Source: Planctomycetota bacterium
GTDB lineage: Bacteria > Planctomycetota > PLA2
Reading direction: 5' to 3'
NCBI GenBank assembly: GCA_036443405.1
Contig: JAZFYD010000243.1
Span: 2,908 to 66,907, forward strand
Length of the DNA: 64,000 nt
Shown here: positions 50,500-61,913 of the stretch, piece by piece
Layout of the letters: every line of letters starts with the position of its first letter
How positions within the stretch are numbered: the stretch's first letter is position 1
Notes under the pieces: model-generated
Told to the model about the DNA's origin: nothing
The model's input: only the letters and a program-made list of their open reading frames with translations
Databases searched by the model: none
Program-made: the position numbers and the translations under genes

Positions 50500-51841
50500 C
50501 GCCGATGTCTCCCGCCCCCATCGTCACGACCACATCGCCGGCGCGCACCTGCGCGCTCATGAAGTCCACGATCGAGGAAAAGTCCGGAATGTGAACGGCG
50601 TCGCCACCGAGCGAGCACACCTCGCGCACCAGATCGCTCGACGAAACGCGCCACGATGCCGTGTCGCCATCGCGCGCGGCGAAGATGTCCGGGATCACCA
50701 CCCGGTCGGCGCCGCGCAATACGTGTGCAAACTCGGAGAGAAAGCGCTTCGTGCGCGAATACTGGTGCGGTTGGAACACGCACCACAAACGCCGCGGCGA
50801 GTACTCCTCGCGCAGCGCCTGCAACCCGGCGGCAACCTCCGTCGGGTGGTGCGCGTAGTCATCGATCACCGCGACGCCGCGTGCACGGCCGACCACCTGG
50901 AGCCGCCGGCCCACGCCGCTGAACTCCTCGAGCGCGTCGCCGATCGCATCCATGTCGGCGCCGAGTTCGTGCGCGAGCGTCACCACGGCGCCCGCGTTGA
51001 GCAGGTTGTGCCGGCCCGGCAGGCGAAGCCGGAACTTGCGGTTCAACGCGCGAAACTCCGTGAGGCCGTCCTTGCGTCCGAGCGGCTCCAGGCGCACCTG
51101 CGCGCCGTGTGAGAAACCGTACGTGCGAACGCGCGCCCGAACTCCGCCGGCGCGGCCAAGCGTTTCGTAGAGACTGTCGTGCAACACGAGCAGGTCGCCG
51201 ACAAGCGTGACAAAACTCCGGAACGCAGCCACGATCTCGACGAGGTCGCGGTAGTAATCGAGATGATCCGCCTCGACGTTGGTGACGATCGCGGCCTCGG
51301 GCTGAAAGTGCAGGAAGCTGCGGTCGTACTCGCAAGCCTCCGCGACAAACAGGTCGCCGCGCCCGAGACCGGCGCCGCCGCCGAGCTGGGGCGCCACGCC
51401 GCCAAGAACAAAGCTCGGATCGGCGCCCGCCTCACGAAGCGCGTACGCCAACAACGCAGTCGTTGTCGTCTTGCCGTGCGTGCCGGCCACCGCGCACATG
51501 CGCCGCGTCGCGCCGAACCGCGCGAGCGCCTGGGCGTATTTGAGCACCGGCAACTCCAGGGATCGCGCCAGCCGCAGCGCGGGAGAGCGGCGCGGGAGAG
51601 CCGCCGAGTGAATCACGGCCTCGGTTCCGGTCGGAATGACGTCCGACTCGTCTCCGGTCGAGATCAGGAATCCATCGAAGCGCAGCGACGCGGTGCCCTC
51701 GCTCTCGCGCAGATCCGCGCCGGTCACGGTGTGGCCCGCGTCACGCAGCAGACGAGCGAGCGAACCCATCCCGGTTCCGCCGATGCCGAGCAGATGCAGC
51801 AAGCGCGGCTCGGAGAGATCCAGTCCTCTGGGTGCAATCAT
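50468..51841 (-). CDS. murC: UDP-N-acetylmuramate--L-alanine ligase
   Basis: MIAPRGLDLSEPRLLHLLGIGGTGMGSLA is the MurC N-terminus. The Mur ligase Walker motif is GTHGKTTTTALL. ATG at 51841 overlaps the murG stop (ATGA). Confidence 0.9.
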   Translation of the reverse strand: MIAPRGLDLSEPRLLHLLGIGGTGMGSLARLLRDAGHTVTGADLRESEGTASLRFDGFLISTGDESDVIPTGTEAVIHSAALPRRSPALRLARSLELPVLKYAQALARFGATRRMCAVAGTHGKTTTTALLAYALREAGADPSFVLGGVAPQLGGGAGLGRGDLFVAEACEYDRSFLHFQPEAAIVTNVEADHLDYYRDLVEIVAAFRSFVTLVGDLLVLHDSLYETLGRAGGVRARVRTYGFSHGAQVRLEPLGRKDGLTEFRALNRKFRLRLPGRHNLLNAGAVVTLAHELGADMDAIGDALEEFSGVGRRLQVVGRARGVAVIDDYAHHPTEVAAGLQALREEYSPRRLWCVFQPHQYSRTKRFLSEFAHVLRGADRVVIPDIFAARDGDTASWRVSSSDLVREVCSLGGDAVHIPDFSSIVDFMSAQVRAGDVVVTMGAGDIGDVAGRLAQAL

Positions 51842-52953
51842 CCGCCCAACTCCGCGACCCAGCTCCGTTCGGCCAGGGCGTGTCCCAACGTCTCCAGAAG
51901 ATGTCCCGCCATGTCCTCTGCGGCGGCCGGACGCGCAAGCGCATGCGCGCGGACCGCCATCGACTCGCGCTCGGCGAGATCGACGAGGAGCGGCGCGACG
52001 ATTCGGCGGAACGCCGGCGGCGTGAGTTCTTCCTCGCGCACCAACCGCGCCGCGTCCGCCGCCACCGCGGCCTGCGCGTTCTTGTGCTGCTGCTGATCGC
52101 GGTGATGCGGGTAGGGGACAAACACGGTCGGCTTGCCGCGAGCGAGGCACTCGGCCACCGTCGAGGCGCCCGCGCGGGCGATCACGACGTCGGCGACGGA
52201 GTACGCGCTCCCGATCTCATCGAGATAATCCAAAACGACCGCGTGTCTCGCGAGCGGCCGATACGCGGCTCGCACGCGCTCCGCGTCCGCCGATCCCGCG
52301 CAGTGCAATACCTGAAACCGAAGGTCCTCACACGGACGCATCGCTTCGATGATCCGCGTGTTCAGCCCGCGCGCGCCCTGGCTGCCGCCAAGCACCAACA
52401 GCGTCGGCAGATCGGGGCTCAAACCGAATGTGTCGTGGGATGCCTCGAGATGCGCTTCCGTGCGCAACGGGGTTCCCGTCACGCGACAAGGCGCGTGGCG
52501 CTGAAACGTGTCGAGCGGCGCGGCGTCGCCCAGGCCCACACCCGATGCCAGCCGCGCCAGCGCGCGTGTCGCTTTGCCCGCGACCGCGTTCAACTCGACG
52601 AGATAGAACGGCTTGCGCATCGTTTTCGCCGCGATGCAAACCGGCACGGCCGAGTAGCCGCCCATTCCGGCGACCGCCGCGACATCGCGCTCACGGAGCA
52701 GCTGTCGCGCTTCGACCACCGATCGCAAGAACCGCACGGGGAAGCGCAAGCGCTCGCGGTCCACGCGCGGCGCATCCATCTCGACGGTCTCGAACTCGCC
52801 GCGGATGCGGTCGGTGTCGCCGCGCCCTTTCGGCACGACGAACAGAACCTCGAACATCGGCAGCGCGCGCGCGAGCGCCAACGCCGGATAGACGTGTCCC
52901 CCGGTGCCGCCGCCGGCGAACAGGAGGACCGGTTTTTTGACGGGCGCGATCAT
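51838..52953 (-). CDS. murG: undecaprenyldiphospho-muramoylpentapeptide beta-N-acetylglucosaminyltransferase
   Basis: MIAPVKKPVLLFAGGGTGGHVYPALALA, the MurG G-loop motif. ATG at 52953 overlaps the ftsW stop (ATGA). Confidence 0.9.
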   Translation of the reverse strand: MIAPVKKPVLLFAGGGTGGHVYPALALARALPMFEVLFVVPKGRGDTDRIRGEFETVEMDAPRVDRERLRFPVRFLRSVVEARQLLRERDVAAVAGMGGYSAVPVCIAAKTMRKPFYLVELNAVAGKATRALARLASGVGLGDAAPLDTFQRHAPCRVTGTPLRTEAHLEASHDTFGLSPDLPTLLVLGGSQGARGLNTRIIEAMRPCEDLRFQVLHCAGSADAERVRAAYRPLARHAVVLDYLDEIGSAYSVADVVIARAGASTVAECLARGKPTVFVPYPHHRDQQQHKNAQAAVAADAARLVREEELTPPAFRRIVAPLLVDLAERESMAVRAHALARPAAAEDMAGHLLETLGHALAERSWVAELGG

Positions 52954-54053
52954 GCCTGTGCGAACTCCGTTCCGGCCAAACCGCCCGGTGAACTCTCCAG
53001 GTTGCGTCCCACGTTCACGATCAATCCGACGGCCAGGAGCGAGATCACCATGTTGCTGCCGCCTTGGGAGAGAAACGGCAGCGAGATGCCCTTGGTCGGC
53101 GCGGCTCCGGTCGCGACGGCGATGTTCAGGAGCGCCTGGAAGACGATCACGAACGTCGCACCCGCGGCGAGATGGAATCCGAACCGGTTCTTGCGCGCGG
53201 CCGCCAACGCGACCCGCACGCCGTGGATCAGGATCAGGAGGAACAGCGCGATGATGATGCAGACGCCGAGGAACCCGAGCTCCTCGCCGATGTTGGCCAG
53301 GATGAAATCGGTGTGTCCCGCAGGCAGGTAGTGGTGCTTCTGCCACCCGGCGCCGAGGCCGCTGCCGAACAGACCGCCGCTGCCGAGCGCGATCTCGGCT
53401 TGGAGCTGCTGATAGCTCTTCTCGCCGTGGAAGAACCGGAGGCGCTCCTGGATGTACGGGAACCGCGAGGCGACGAGAAACAGGAGCGGGGCCGCGACGA
53501 ACGAGATGCCGAGCAGGCGGCCCACGCGCACGCCGGCGATCAACATCATCGTGCCCGCGACGGTCGCGAGGAAAATCGTCGTCCCAAAATCGGGCGCGGG
53601 AAGAACAAGCAGGCAGAGCAACCAAACGGGCCAGGAGAGTTGCACCGGGTTCTCGATGCGGCCGCGCGTGAGCGAGAGCCGGTGCGCGAGGAAGATCACG
53701 ATGGCGAGTTTGGCGAGTTCCGACGGCTGGAAGCGGCCCAGAAACGGCACCGGGAACCAGCGTTTCGTATTCGCGACCGGCGTCGCGAACAAAAGGCAAC
53801 CGAGCAGCAACGCCCCTGTGAGCACAACCAGCGGGACCGCCGCCTTCTGCAGCGTCTCGGACGGAACGCGAATGACGGCCATGCAGCACAACACCGCAAA
53901 CGCGGCGCAGAGGGCCTGACGCACCAACAGGTGCTCCCCGAGGCTGTAGAGGCAGATCAACCCGAACGCAACCAGGCCCAGCGCGGCGGCGAGTACCACG
54001 TAGGCGTCGTCGCGCGCGCTGCGCGGCTGGAAAATGCGCGTCCAGTGTTTCAT
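52950..54053 (-). CDS. ftsW: SEDS-family peptidoglycan glycosyltransferase FtsW
   Basis: 367 aa, polytopic, with FtsW/RodA blocks (PSELAKLAIVIFLA, GTTIFLA). ATG at 54053 overlaps the mraY stop (ATGA). murD is therefore absent from its canonical position between mraY and ftsW. Confidence 0.85.
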   Translation of the reverse strand: MKHWTRIFQPRSARDDAYVVLAAALGLVAFGLICLYSLGEHLLVRQALCAAFAVLCCMAVIRVPSETLQKAAVPLVVLTGALLLGCLLFATPVANTKRWFPVPFLGRFQPSELAKLAIVIFLAHRLSLTRGRIENPVQLSWPVWLLCLLVLPAPDFGTTIFLATVAGTMMLIAGVRVGRLLGISFVAAPLLFLVASRFPYIQERLRFFHGEKSYQQLQAEIALGSGGLFGSGLGAGWQKHHYLPAGHTDFILANIGEELGFLGVCIIIALFLLILIHGVRVALAAARKNRFGFHLAAGATFVIVFQALLNIAVATGAAPTKGISLPFLSQGGSNMVISLLAVGLIVNVGRNLESSPGGLAGTEFAQA

Positions 54054-55339
54054 CGCAGCTTCAGGAGACTCAGGGACACCAGCGAGAGGATGACCGCGAC
54101 GATCCAGAACCGGACCGTGATCTTCGCCTCGTGGATGCGGTTGAATTGGAAGTGGTGATGCAGTGGCGCGCACTTGAACAGGCGCTTGCCGCCGGTGAAC
54201 TTGAACCAACGGCGCTGCAGGATGACGGAGACCGCCTCGGCGACGAACACGCCGCCCGCGACGAACAGCGTCAGCTCCTGGCGGGCCGCGACCGCGATGA
54301 GGCCGAGCGCGCCGCCGAGCGCGAGCGAACCGGTGTCGCCCATGAAGACGGTTGCGGGGAACCCGTTGAACCACAGGAACCCGAGTCCGGCGCCGCCGAG
54401 CGCAGCGCACACGACGGCGAGCTCCTCGATGCCGGGCACGTGGAACACGTAGAGGTGGGCGGAGATGTCCGCGCGTCCGACGATGTAGGTGATCGCGGCG
54501 AACGTGCCCGCCGCAATCACGATGCACCCGACGGCCAGGCCGTCCATCCCGTCGGTCAGGTTGACGGCGTTGGACGTGCCAACGATGACAAGCGCGCCGA
54601 ACACGAGGAAAAACGCGCCGAGGTCCAAACAGAAGTGTTTGAAGAACGGCACCTGCAAGTCGGTGCGGTGGTCGGCGGTCGGATGGGCATCCGTCGGCCC
54701 GATGCTGCTGCGGGTCGGCGGAGCCTCGCGCCGGGCATCGGGTGTCGTTTCCGGCAGATCGCTCGGCACGCCGACCAGGGCCGCGGGCATCTCCGCGACG
54801 TCATAGGGCGCAGGCCGATACGGGGACGGCTTCATCGACGGAAGCCGCATCGCGTCCTCCACGCCGCCGTGTTGCGCGGGCACGTAGAGCGCGATGAGCG
54901 CGGCCGCGGCAATCCCGAACTGCGCGAGCAGTTTCTTGCGTTCGCTGAGTCCGCCGGCCTTCGGCTGTGTGAGTTTGATCCAATCGTCCACGGCGCCGAG
55001 GCAGCCGAACGCGAGAAAACCGAGAAAGACCACGATGACGTAGATCGTGTCGAGGCGCGCGAGCAGCAACACGGAAACGGAGACCGAGAGCAGGATCAAG
55101 AGGCCGCCCATCGTGGGCACACTCTGTTTCTCCTGTCGCATTTCGATCAGCGTTTGCGAATCGTGCCCCACGCAGCCCGCGAGTTTCTTGTCGCGCAGCC
55201 ACGCCACGACCCCGGGGCCGCAGACCAAGACGATGGAGAACGAGAGGATCGCGGCAAACGCGGCGCGGAAGGTGACGTAATGAAAGAGGTTGAACGCCTG
55301 GAAGTACTCCACGAGCGGAGTGAAAAGCGAATACAACAT
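54050..55339 (-). CDS. mraY: phospho-N-acetylmuramoyl-pentapeptide transferase, with a Pro-rich ~80-aa insertion
   Basis: MLYSLFTPLVEYFQAFNLFHYVTFRAAFA...NAVNLTDGMDGLA...GDTGSLALGGALG...HHHF are MraY signatures. An extra segment YVPAQHGG...PSPYRPAPYDVAEMP...TADHRTDLQVPFF is absent from E. coli MraY. Confidence 0.9.
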   Translation of the reverse strand: MLYSLFTPLVEYFQAFNLFHYVTFRAAFAAILSFSIVLVCGPGVVAWLRDKKLAGCVGHDSQTLIEMRQEKQSVPTMGGLLILLSVSVSVLLLARLDTIYVIVVFLGFLAFGCLGAVDDWIKLTQPKAGGLSERKKLLAQFGIAAAALIALYVPAQHGGVEDAMRLPSMKPSPYRPAPYDVAEMPAALVGVPSDLPETTPDARREAPPTRSSIGPTDAHPTADHRTDLQVPFFKHFCLDLGAFFLVFGALVIVGTSNAVNLTDGMDGLAVGCIVIAAGTFAAITYIVGRADISAHLYVFHVPGIEELAVVCAALGGAGLGFLWFNGFPATVFMGDTGSLALGGALGLIAVAARQELTLFVAGGVFVAEAVSVILQRRWFKFTGGKRLFKCAPLHHHFQFNRIHEAKITVRFWIVAVILSLVSLSLLKLR

Positions 55340-55364
55340 CTTCGTTCGTCGTTCGTTTCGTTCG

Positions 55365-56786
55365 TTAGGTCTTCGCCGACTCGCGTCTCCGCGCCGCACG
55401 GAGTGCGCGGGCCCGGCGACGCTCCAGAAGTTCCTGTTTCACCGCCTCATGCACGCGCTCGAGGCGCACGCCACGCGACGCCTTGAACAACAAGACATCG
55501 CGGGCCCGGGGCTTGAACGGCGGCTGTTCCATCGCGGTCTTCACGTCCGGGGTCCAGTGCACGTCCTTCAGGCCCGCCGCGCGGGCGGCGCGGGCCGTCG
55601 CCTCACTCAGAGGGCCGATCGCCCAAAGGAGGTCGATGCGCGAGCGCCCCGCGAGGGTCCCGATGCGTGTGTGCAACTCCTCGGTGCGATCACCGAGTTC
55701 GAGCATGTCGCCGAGCACGAGCACGCGCCGGCCGCTGCCTCCGCGGTAGCTCATCTCGAGAATCGCCGACTCCATCGATCGCGGGTTCGCGTTGTACGCG
55801 TCGTTCACCAATCGGACGTCCGCGATTTCCTCAACCACCATGCGCATCGGCGCGGGCTTGTATTGTTCCAGGCGGTCGGCAATGTCCGTCGGTTCGTACC
55901 CGAGCCAGAGCGCGACACCAGCGGCTGCGAGGGCGTCGTGCACGTGGTGCACACCGAGCACGTTCATTTTCACGCGCCGTTTGTTCAGCAACTGGAACGA
56001 CACCAGGCGGCGCGACGCGCGCACCTCGCCAGCATAGACGTCGGCATCCGGCCACGTCCCGAACGACAGCACGAACCCCGGCGCTTTCGGAATCATCTTG
56101 CGCGTGATCTCGTCGTCGTAGTTCAAGACGGCGCATCCGTCGGGCCCGAGAGCCTCGACCAGCGCGAACTTCTCGCGCGCGACACCGTCCAGGTCGCCCA
56201 AGCCCGCGAGGTGGGACTCGCTGACGTTGAGCACCACCCCAATGTTGGGACGCGCAAGCTCCGCAAGGCGCGCGATCTCCCCCGACGCGCTGGTGCCCAT
56301 CTCGACAACGCACACGGAGTGGTGGCGCTTGGCCTGCAAGAGGCTGAGCGGCACCCCGAGATCGTTGTTGTAGGACGCGGGCGAAACCACGGCACGCCCG
56401 CCGAGGATCAACCGCAGCATCTCCTTCGTCGTGGTCTTGCCGTTGCTGCCGGTGACGCCGACGACGGTGATGTCGAGGGAGTCCCGATAGGCCCGGCCCA
56501 TCGCGCCCAAGGCCGCCAGTGCGTCCTTGACCTCGATGACCGCTCGGCCCATAGCGCGATGCTCGGCGGCCGTTTCCGGCCGCTCTACTAGTGCAGCCGC
56601 TGCACCGGACGCGAACGCCTCTCCGAGGAACGCGTGGCCGTCGGCCGACGCACCCCGAAGCGGCACAAAGAGTTCACCGGGCCTGATTTTCCGGCTGTCG
56701 ATCCCGACACCCGAGATAGGCAGGCCGGGACCGGCGTAACTCCCTCCCGTCCAGGCAGCGACCTCGTGGATGGATACCTGCTCCAT
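55365..56786 (-). CDS. murF: UDP-N-acetylmuramoyl-tripeptide--D-alanyl-D-alanine ligase
   Basis: The MurF N-terminus is ISGVGIDSRKIRPGELFVPLRG...DGHAF. The Mur ligase P-loop is GVTGSNGKTTTKEM. Confidence 0.85.
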   Translation of the reverse strand: MEQVSIHEVAAWTGGSYAGPGLPISGVGIDSRKIRPGELFVPLRGASADGHAFLGEAFASGAAAALVERPETAAEHRAMGRAVIEVKDALAALGAMGRAYRDSLDITVVGVTGSNGKTTTKEMLRLILGGRAVVSPASYNNDLGVPLSLLQAKRHHSVCVVEMGTSASGEIARLAELARPNIGVVLNVSESHLAGLGDLDGVAREKFALVEALGPDGCAVLNYDDEITRKMIPKAPGFVLSFGTWPDADVYAGEVRASRRLVSFQLLNKRRVKMNVLGVHHVHDALAAAGVALWLGYEPTDIADRLEQYKPAPMRMVVEEIADVRLVNDAYNANPRSMESAILEMSYRGGSGRRVLVLGDMLELGDRTEELHTRIGTLAGRSRIDLLWAIGPLSEATARAARAAGLKDVHWTPDVKTAMEQPPFKPRARDVLLFKASRGVRLERVHEAVKQELLERRRARALRAARRRESAKT

Positions 56787-56837
56787 CAGGTCGCCTCCGG
56801 TCCACTCTTACTACATGTAGTGGACCTATGTCAATAA

Positions 56838-58280
<1,443 letters not shown>

Positions 58281-58437
58281 GACCGCGGGCTCCGACAGCC
58301 CCGCCCCATCCGCCGACTCGGACAGGGTGCGTGCGTGTCGCACCCCGTCCCCACTATCTACTCGCGCCAAGGAGGCGCCCGCCAAATCCGGGTTCCGGCC
58401 CAAGGCCAGGGTCCGCACCCCAGCCCGCGCAATTGAC

Positions 58438-60237
58438 CTATTTGACCGCCGCAACACGCACCAATTCCGCATGATTTGTTACATGCCGGACCCCGGACCT
58501 GGAAAGCGCCTCCTCGTGTTTGGATTCAAGTAGCGGGCGTGCGCGACGCAGGAACCGTCCTGCGGCCCGCATGGCCACCACGCGGCCATAGGGAATGCCT
58601 CCGTCTTTGCGGGTGGGCTCATCCGCCGCGACCAGTACGAGGATTTGCGGATCCTCGACCGGCGCGAAACCCACAAAGGAGGCGACGTAACGCTTCAAGT
58701 GAAGCGGGTACTTCTTGCTGGTGCCGGTCTTCCCGCCGACGGGCCAATCCGGAATGCGCGCGAGGGTGTCGGTGCCCTCCGCGACGACCCGGCCCATCGC
58801 GCGCCGAACGAAGTCGCGTTCGACGCGGGAGAGGTCGAGCGGGCGCCCCGGTCCGTGATCCGTGCTGCAGTCGGCATCGCGAATCAGGCGCGGCTTGCGC
58901 AGCACGCCGTCGGTGATCACGGCCGCATAGGCCGAAAGCAGTTGCACGGGGGTGACGGCGACGCCGTACCCGATGCCGGCGGACACGTCCTCGTAGTTGG
59001 TTTTCCAACGCTCGAGTTTCAACACGACGCCGGCGCTTTCGCCCGAAAGCGGGAGGCCGATGCGCGAGCCGAAACCATAGGCACGCAACCAGCGGTGCAA
59101 ACGCGCGCTGCCCATCGCCTGGGCGACCTGCCCCATGCCGATGTTGCTCGACTTGACGAGGAGGTCGGCGAGTTCCAGCACACCGTTGGGGTGCGTGTCC
59201 TGCAGCAGCCGCCGGCCGAACCGATGCCGCCCCGACGTGCCGCAGTCGATCTGCTGGCCCGGGCGCACGACGCCTTCGGACAACGCGGCGGCGAGAATGA
59301 GCGGCTTGATCGTCGAGCCAGGCTCGTAGCACCACTCGATCGCCTGCACCTTCAAGCTCTCCCGGTCGACCCTGGGCCAATCCGCGAGCTTGAACGTTGG
59401 GCGGCTCGCGATCGCGAGAATCTCGCCGGTGCGCGGATCCATCGCGACCGCGCAGGAGCGCTTGGGTGAGTGGCGCTCGTGCATCTCGTCGAGCGCTTCC
59501 TCGGCGATCTGCTGCAGCGTGACATCGATCGTCGTGTGCAGATCGAGTCCGCCGCGCGCCGGGCGGCAACGCTCCGGGTAGAGCAGGTGCTCCTCGCGCT
59601 TCACGCGGCCGTCGGAACGACGCAGCAGCATGAGCGCGTCCCGGCTGCCGTCCAAACCGCGAAGCCGGGAATCGAAATGCGCTTCGAGACCGCCAAGCCC
59701 CGCGCGCTGTTTCGGATCCCCCGCGCCGCCGAACAGGCCGAGCAATTGGATCGCTGCGTTCTGGTGCGGGTAGACGCGCCGCGCCTCCTCGCGCAGGTCG
59801 AGACCCGCAAGGCGCGCGGCCGCCAGCCGCTCCGCGACGTCGCGATCCAATCCCCGGTGCAGTACCGCGTAACGGGACCCCGCAGCCTTCCGGGATCGAA
59901 TCCGCTTCGCAAATCCCGGCGCCGCGTCGACGTCACCTATCACGAGCGCCAACCGCGTCGCAAACAGATCGGCGTCCTCGACACGCTGCGGGTCCACCGC
60001 GACGGTGATGCCGTAATACGACCCCGCGAGGATGCGACCGTTCCGGTCGAAGACCCGTCCGCGCGTCGCATCGAGTTCCACGAGATCGAAATGCTGGTCG
60101 TGCGCCCGCAGCGCGATGTTCTCGGCGCCGAACACCTGCATGTAGCCGGTGCGGACCAGCAGAACCAGGAGCCCGACGACCAAGACGGCGAACGCCACCT
60201 GCAGTCGGTGCTCCATTCCTTTGGTGTGCCGGCTCAT
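58438..60237 (-). CDS. ftsI: peptidoglycan D,D-transpeptidase FtsI (class B PBP)
   Basis: An N-terminal TM and PBP dimerization domain are followed by a transpeptidase with the SxxK, SxN and KTG-type motif KTGT (GGKTGTSKK). ATG at 60237 overlaps the ftsL stop (ATGA). Confidence 0.85.
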   Translation of the reverse strand: MSRHTKGMEHRLQVAFAVLVVGLLVLLVRTGYMQVFGAENIALRAHDQHFDLVELDATRGRVFDRNGRILAGSYYGITVAVDPQRVEDADLFATRLALVIGDVDAAPGFAKRIRSRKAAGSRYAVLHRGLDRDVAERLAAARLAGLDLREEARRVYPHQNAAIQLLGLFGGAGDPKQRAGLGGLEAHFDSRLRGLDGSRDALMLLRRSDGRVKREEHLLYPERCRPARGGLDLHTTIDVTLQQIAEEALDEMHERHSPKRSCAVAMDPRTGEILAIASRPTFKLADWPRVDRESLKVQAIEWCYEPGSTIKPLILAAALSEGVVRPGQQIDCGTSGRHRFGRRLLQDTHPNGVLELADLLVKSSNIGMGQVAQAMGSARLHRWLRAYGFGSRIGLPLSGESAGVVLKLERWKTNYEDVSAGIGYGVAVTPVQLLSAYAAVITDGVLRKPRLIRDADCSTDHGPGRPLDLSRVERDFVRRAMGRVVAEGTDTLARIPDWPVGGKTGTSKKYPLHLKRYVASFVGFAPVEDPQILVLVAADEPTRKDGGIPYGRVVAMRAAGRFLRRARPLLESKHEEALSRSGVRHVTNHAELVRVAAVK

Positions 60238-60482
60238 TTCGGGGCCTCCCCATCGGTGTCCAACAACCCGACGGTCCGGCCACGCTCCAAGAGCAACACG
60301 GGCGAGCTCTGCTCCTGCAGGCTCAGTTCCAGGTTGGCGTTGCGTCGCTCGCGCTCGAGGAGCTCACGTTCCAGGCGGCCGATATCGTGCGCGAGTTCGA
60401 CGACGCGGGCCCTCGTCCGGACCGTGTGAAGCGCGCCGAGCAGCAACAGGAACGCGGTGACCCACAAGGCGCTCTTACGCAT
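60234..60482 (-). CDS. ftsL: FtsL-like cell division protein (TM plus coiled coil)
   Basis: 82 aa, MRKSALWVTAFLLLLGALHTV followed by a coiled-coil segment. It is positioned between rsmH and ftsI. The start overlaps the rsmH 3' end by 8 nt. Confidence 0.55.
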   Translation of the reverse strand: MRKSALWVTAFLLLLGALHTVRTRARVVELAHDIGRLERELLERERRNANLELSLQEQSSPVLLLERGRTVGLLDTDGEAPK

Positions 60483-61425
60483 CCTGGGCCTCCTCAACGT
60501 CCTTCCGCTTACACACACGAAGCTTGGCCGAACGTGCTCTCGGATTGCCGCGCGCTTCTTCCCATGCCGCGCGCACGCATTTCTTCGTGAGCACCTCGAG
60601 AGCTTCGTGATCCTTGAAGTAGTGCTTCACGATCCGGTCTTCGCCGGAGTGAAACGAAATCACGGCGACCAGGCCACCTGAGCGCACGCGCCTGGCCGCG
60701 GCATCCAGCCCGCGGCGCAATTCTCCCAACTCGTCGTTGACAGCCATGCGCAGGGCCTGAAACGTGCGGGTGGCGTTGTCGATCTTGCTGCGGCCCCTCA
60801 CGGCCCGACGCACAATGCTCGCCAACCGCCCGGTCGTCGTAATCGGTTCTTCGCGCTGCTCCGCCGCGATCGCCGCCGCGACGCGGCGCGAGGAACGCTC
60901 GCCGCCGAGTTCGAAGATCACGTTCCCAAGGTCCTTTTCATCCAAGCGCGCGATCAACTCCGCGGCGGACTCGCCTTGGGACTGATCCATGCGCATGTCG
61001 AGCGGACCGTCGTGCCGGAAACTGAATCCGCGCTCGCCGCGATCCAACTGCGGACTCGAAACACCAAGATCGAACAGGATCGCGTCGGGGGTCGCGTCTT
61101 CGGCATCGAGGACCGCGTCGATCTTCGAGAAACGCGCGTGGTGCAACGACACGCGGGAGCCGTACTCCGCCAGGTTGCGTTCGGCGCTCTCAAGACTGTC
61201 GCGATCCCGGTCGATGCCAATCACCCGCGCGTCCTCCGTTCGCTCCAACGCCGTCAGTCGTTGGGCCGACTCTTCCGAACCTGATTCCGAACCCGTACCG
61301 CCTTGGCTCTTCAGGAACGCGCCCGCATGCCCTCCGGCGCCGACCGTGCAGTCGACCAGCAGTGAAATGCCCGGCACGGCAAGGAACCCCAGCACCTCCG
61401 CAAGAAGGACCGGTTTGTGTTCCAA
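60475..61425 (-). CDS. rsmH: 16S rRNA (cytosine1402-N4)-methyltransferase RsmH (MraW)
   Basis: (M)EHKPVLLAEVL...LVDCTVGAGGHA...FDLGVSSPQLD...ISFHSGEDRIV are conserved RsmH blocks. The start is TTG. Confidence 0.9.
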   Translation of the reverse strand: MEHKPVLLAEVLGFLAVPGISLLVDCTVGAGGHAGAFLKSQGGTGSESGSEESAQRLTALERTEDARVIGIDRDRDSLESAERNLAEYGSRVSLHHARFSKIDAVLDAEDATPDAILFDLGVSSPQLDRGERGFSFRHDGPLDMRMDQSQGESAAELIARLDEKDLGNVIFELGGERSSRRVAAAIAAEQREEPITTTGRLASIVRRAVRGRSKIDNATRTFQALRMAVNDELGELRRGLDAAARRVRSGGLVAVISFHSGEDRIVKHYFKDHEALEVLTKKCVRAAWEEARGNPRARSAKLRVCKRKDVEEAQDA

Positions 61426-61429
61426 ACCG

Positions 61430-61825
61430 CTACTCGACGTCGAGCTCGCCGACCTGCTCGTTCCACGCCGCGGGCACCCACGCCTCCATGGAGAGGCCAG
61501 TGCCGACGATCAGGATTTCACGCTCCAGAAAGCGCTCAGCGAGCTTAGGCGGGAGAACGATGCGCCCCGTTCCGTCAAAAGCCTTAAAGATCGCTCGCGA
61601 GTAGAAGCTCCGGTTGAATTCCAGGTTTCCGAAGGGGTCCGAAGCCTTGCCGCTCGCGTACTGGAGCAGGAAGGACTTCGGCCAGAGGAAGAGGCACTTT
61701 TTCCCCGGGATGAGGTAAATCCCCGCACGGTCGTTCGCATCCATGAGGTCCCGCAGTTCAGAGGGGACAAGGACGCGATTCTTACCGTCGAGATTTCGAT
61801 GAAACGTACCCGTGAAAATTGCCAC
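61430..61825 (-). CDS. mraZ: transcriptional regulator MraZ
   Basis: 131 aa with two MraZ repeats (FHRNLDGKNRVLVP... and ...GTGRIVLPPKL). The start is GTG. It is the first gene of the dcw cluster. Confidence 0.9.
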   Translation of the reverse strand: MAIFTGTFHRNLDGKNRVLVPSELRDLMDANDRAGIYLIPGKKCLFLWPKSFLLQYASGKASDPFGNLEFNRSFYSRAIFKAFDGTGRIVLPPKLAERFLEREILIVGTGLSMEAWVPAAWNEQVGELDVE

Positions 61826-61885
61826 TGCCGTCGAAGCCTAGCACACACCCGAACACTTCGTCCCACAAGTTGACACATACTAACA

Positions 61886-61913
61886 CCTTGACCCATCGCT
61901 TCAAGAGGCATCT
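61886..61913 (-). promoter_or_regulatory. candidate dcw (mraZ) promoter
   Basis: On the minus-strand sense: TTGAAG, a 16-nt spacer, and TAGTAT, about 55 nt upstream of the mraZ GTG. TGGGN-like motifs (tgggt, tggga) lie nearby. Confidence 0.4.

Noticed and set aside
50430-52150. Numerous long antisense or alternative-frame ORFs across the dcw cluster and elsewhere (for example 51179..52096, 51832..53331, 53064..54158, 14357..16318, 15235..17658).
   Set aside because: They are typical high-GC shadow ORFs, Arg/Ala/Pro-rich, that fully overlap genes with clear homology on the other strand.
58281-58472. 64-codon N-terminal extension of murE (MRNWCVLRRSNRS...).
   Set aside because: It is rich in rare A/T-ending codons (AAT, TCA, AGG, ATT) and has no MurE homology. 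The ATG at 58280 gives a canonical MurE N-terminus.
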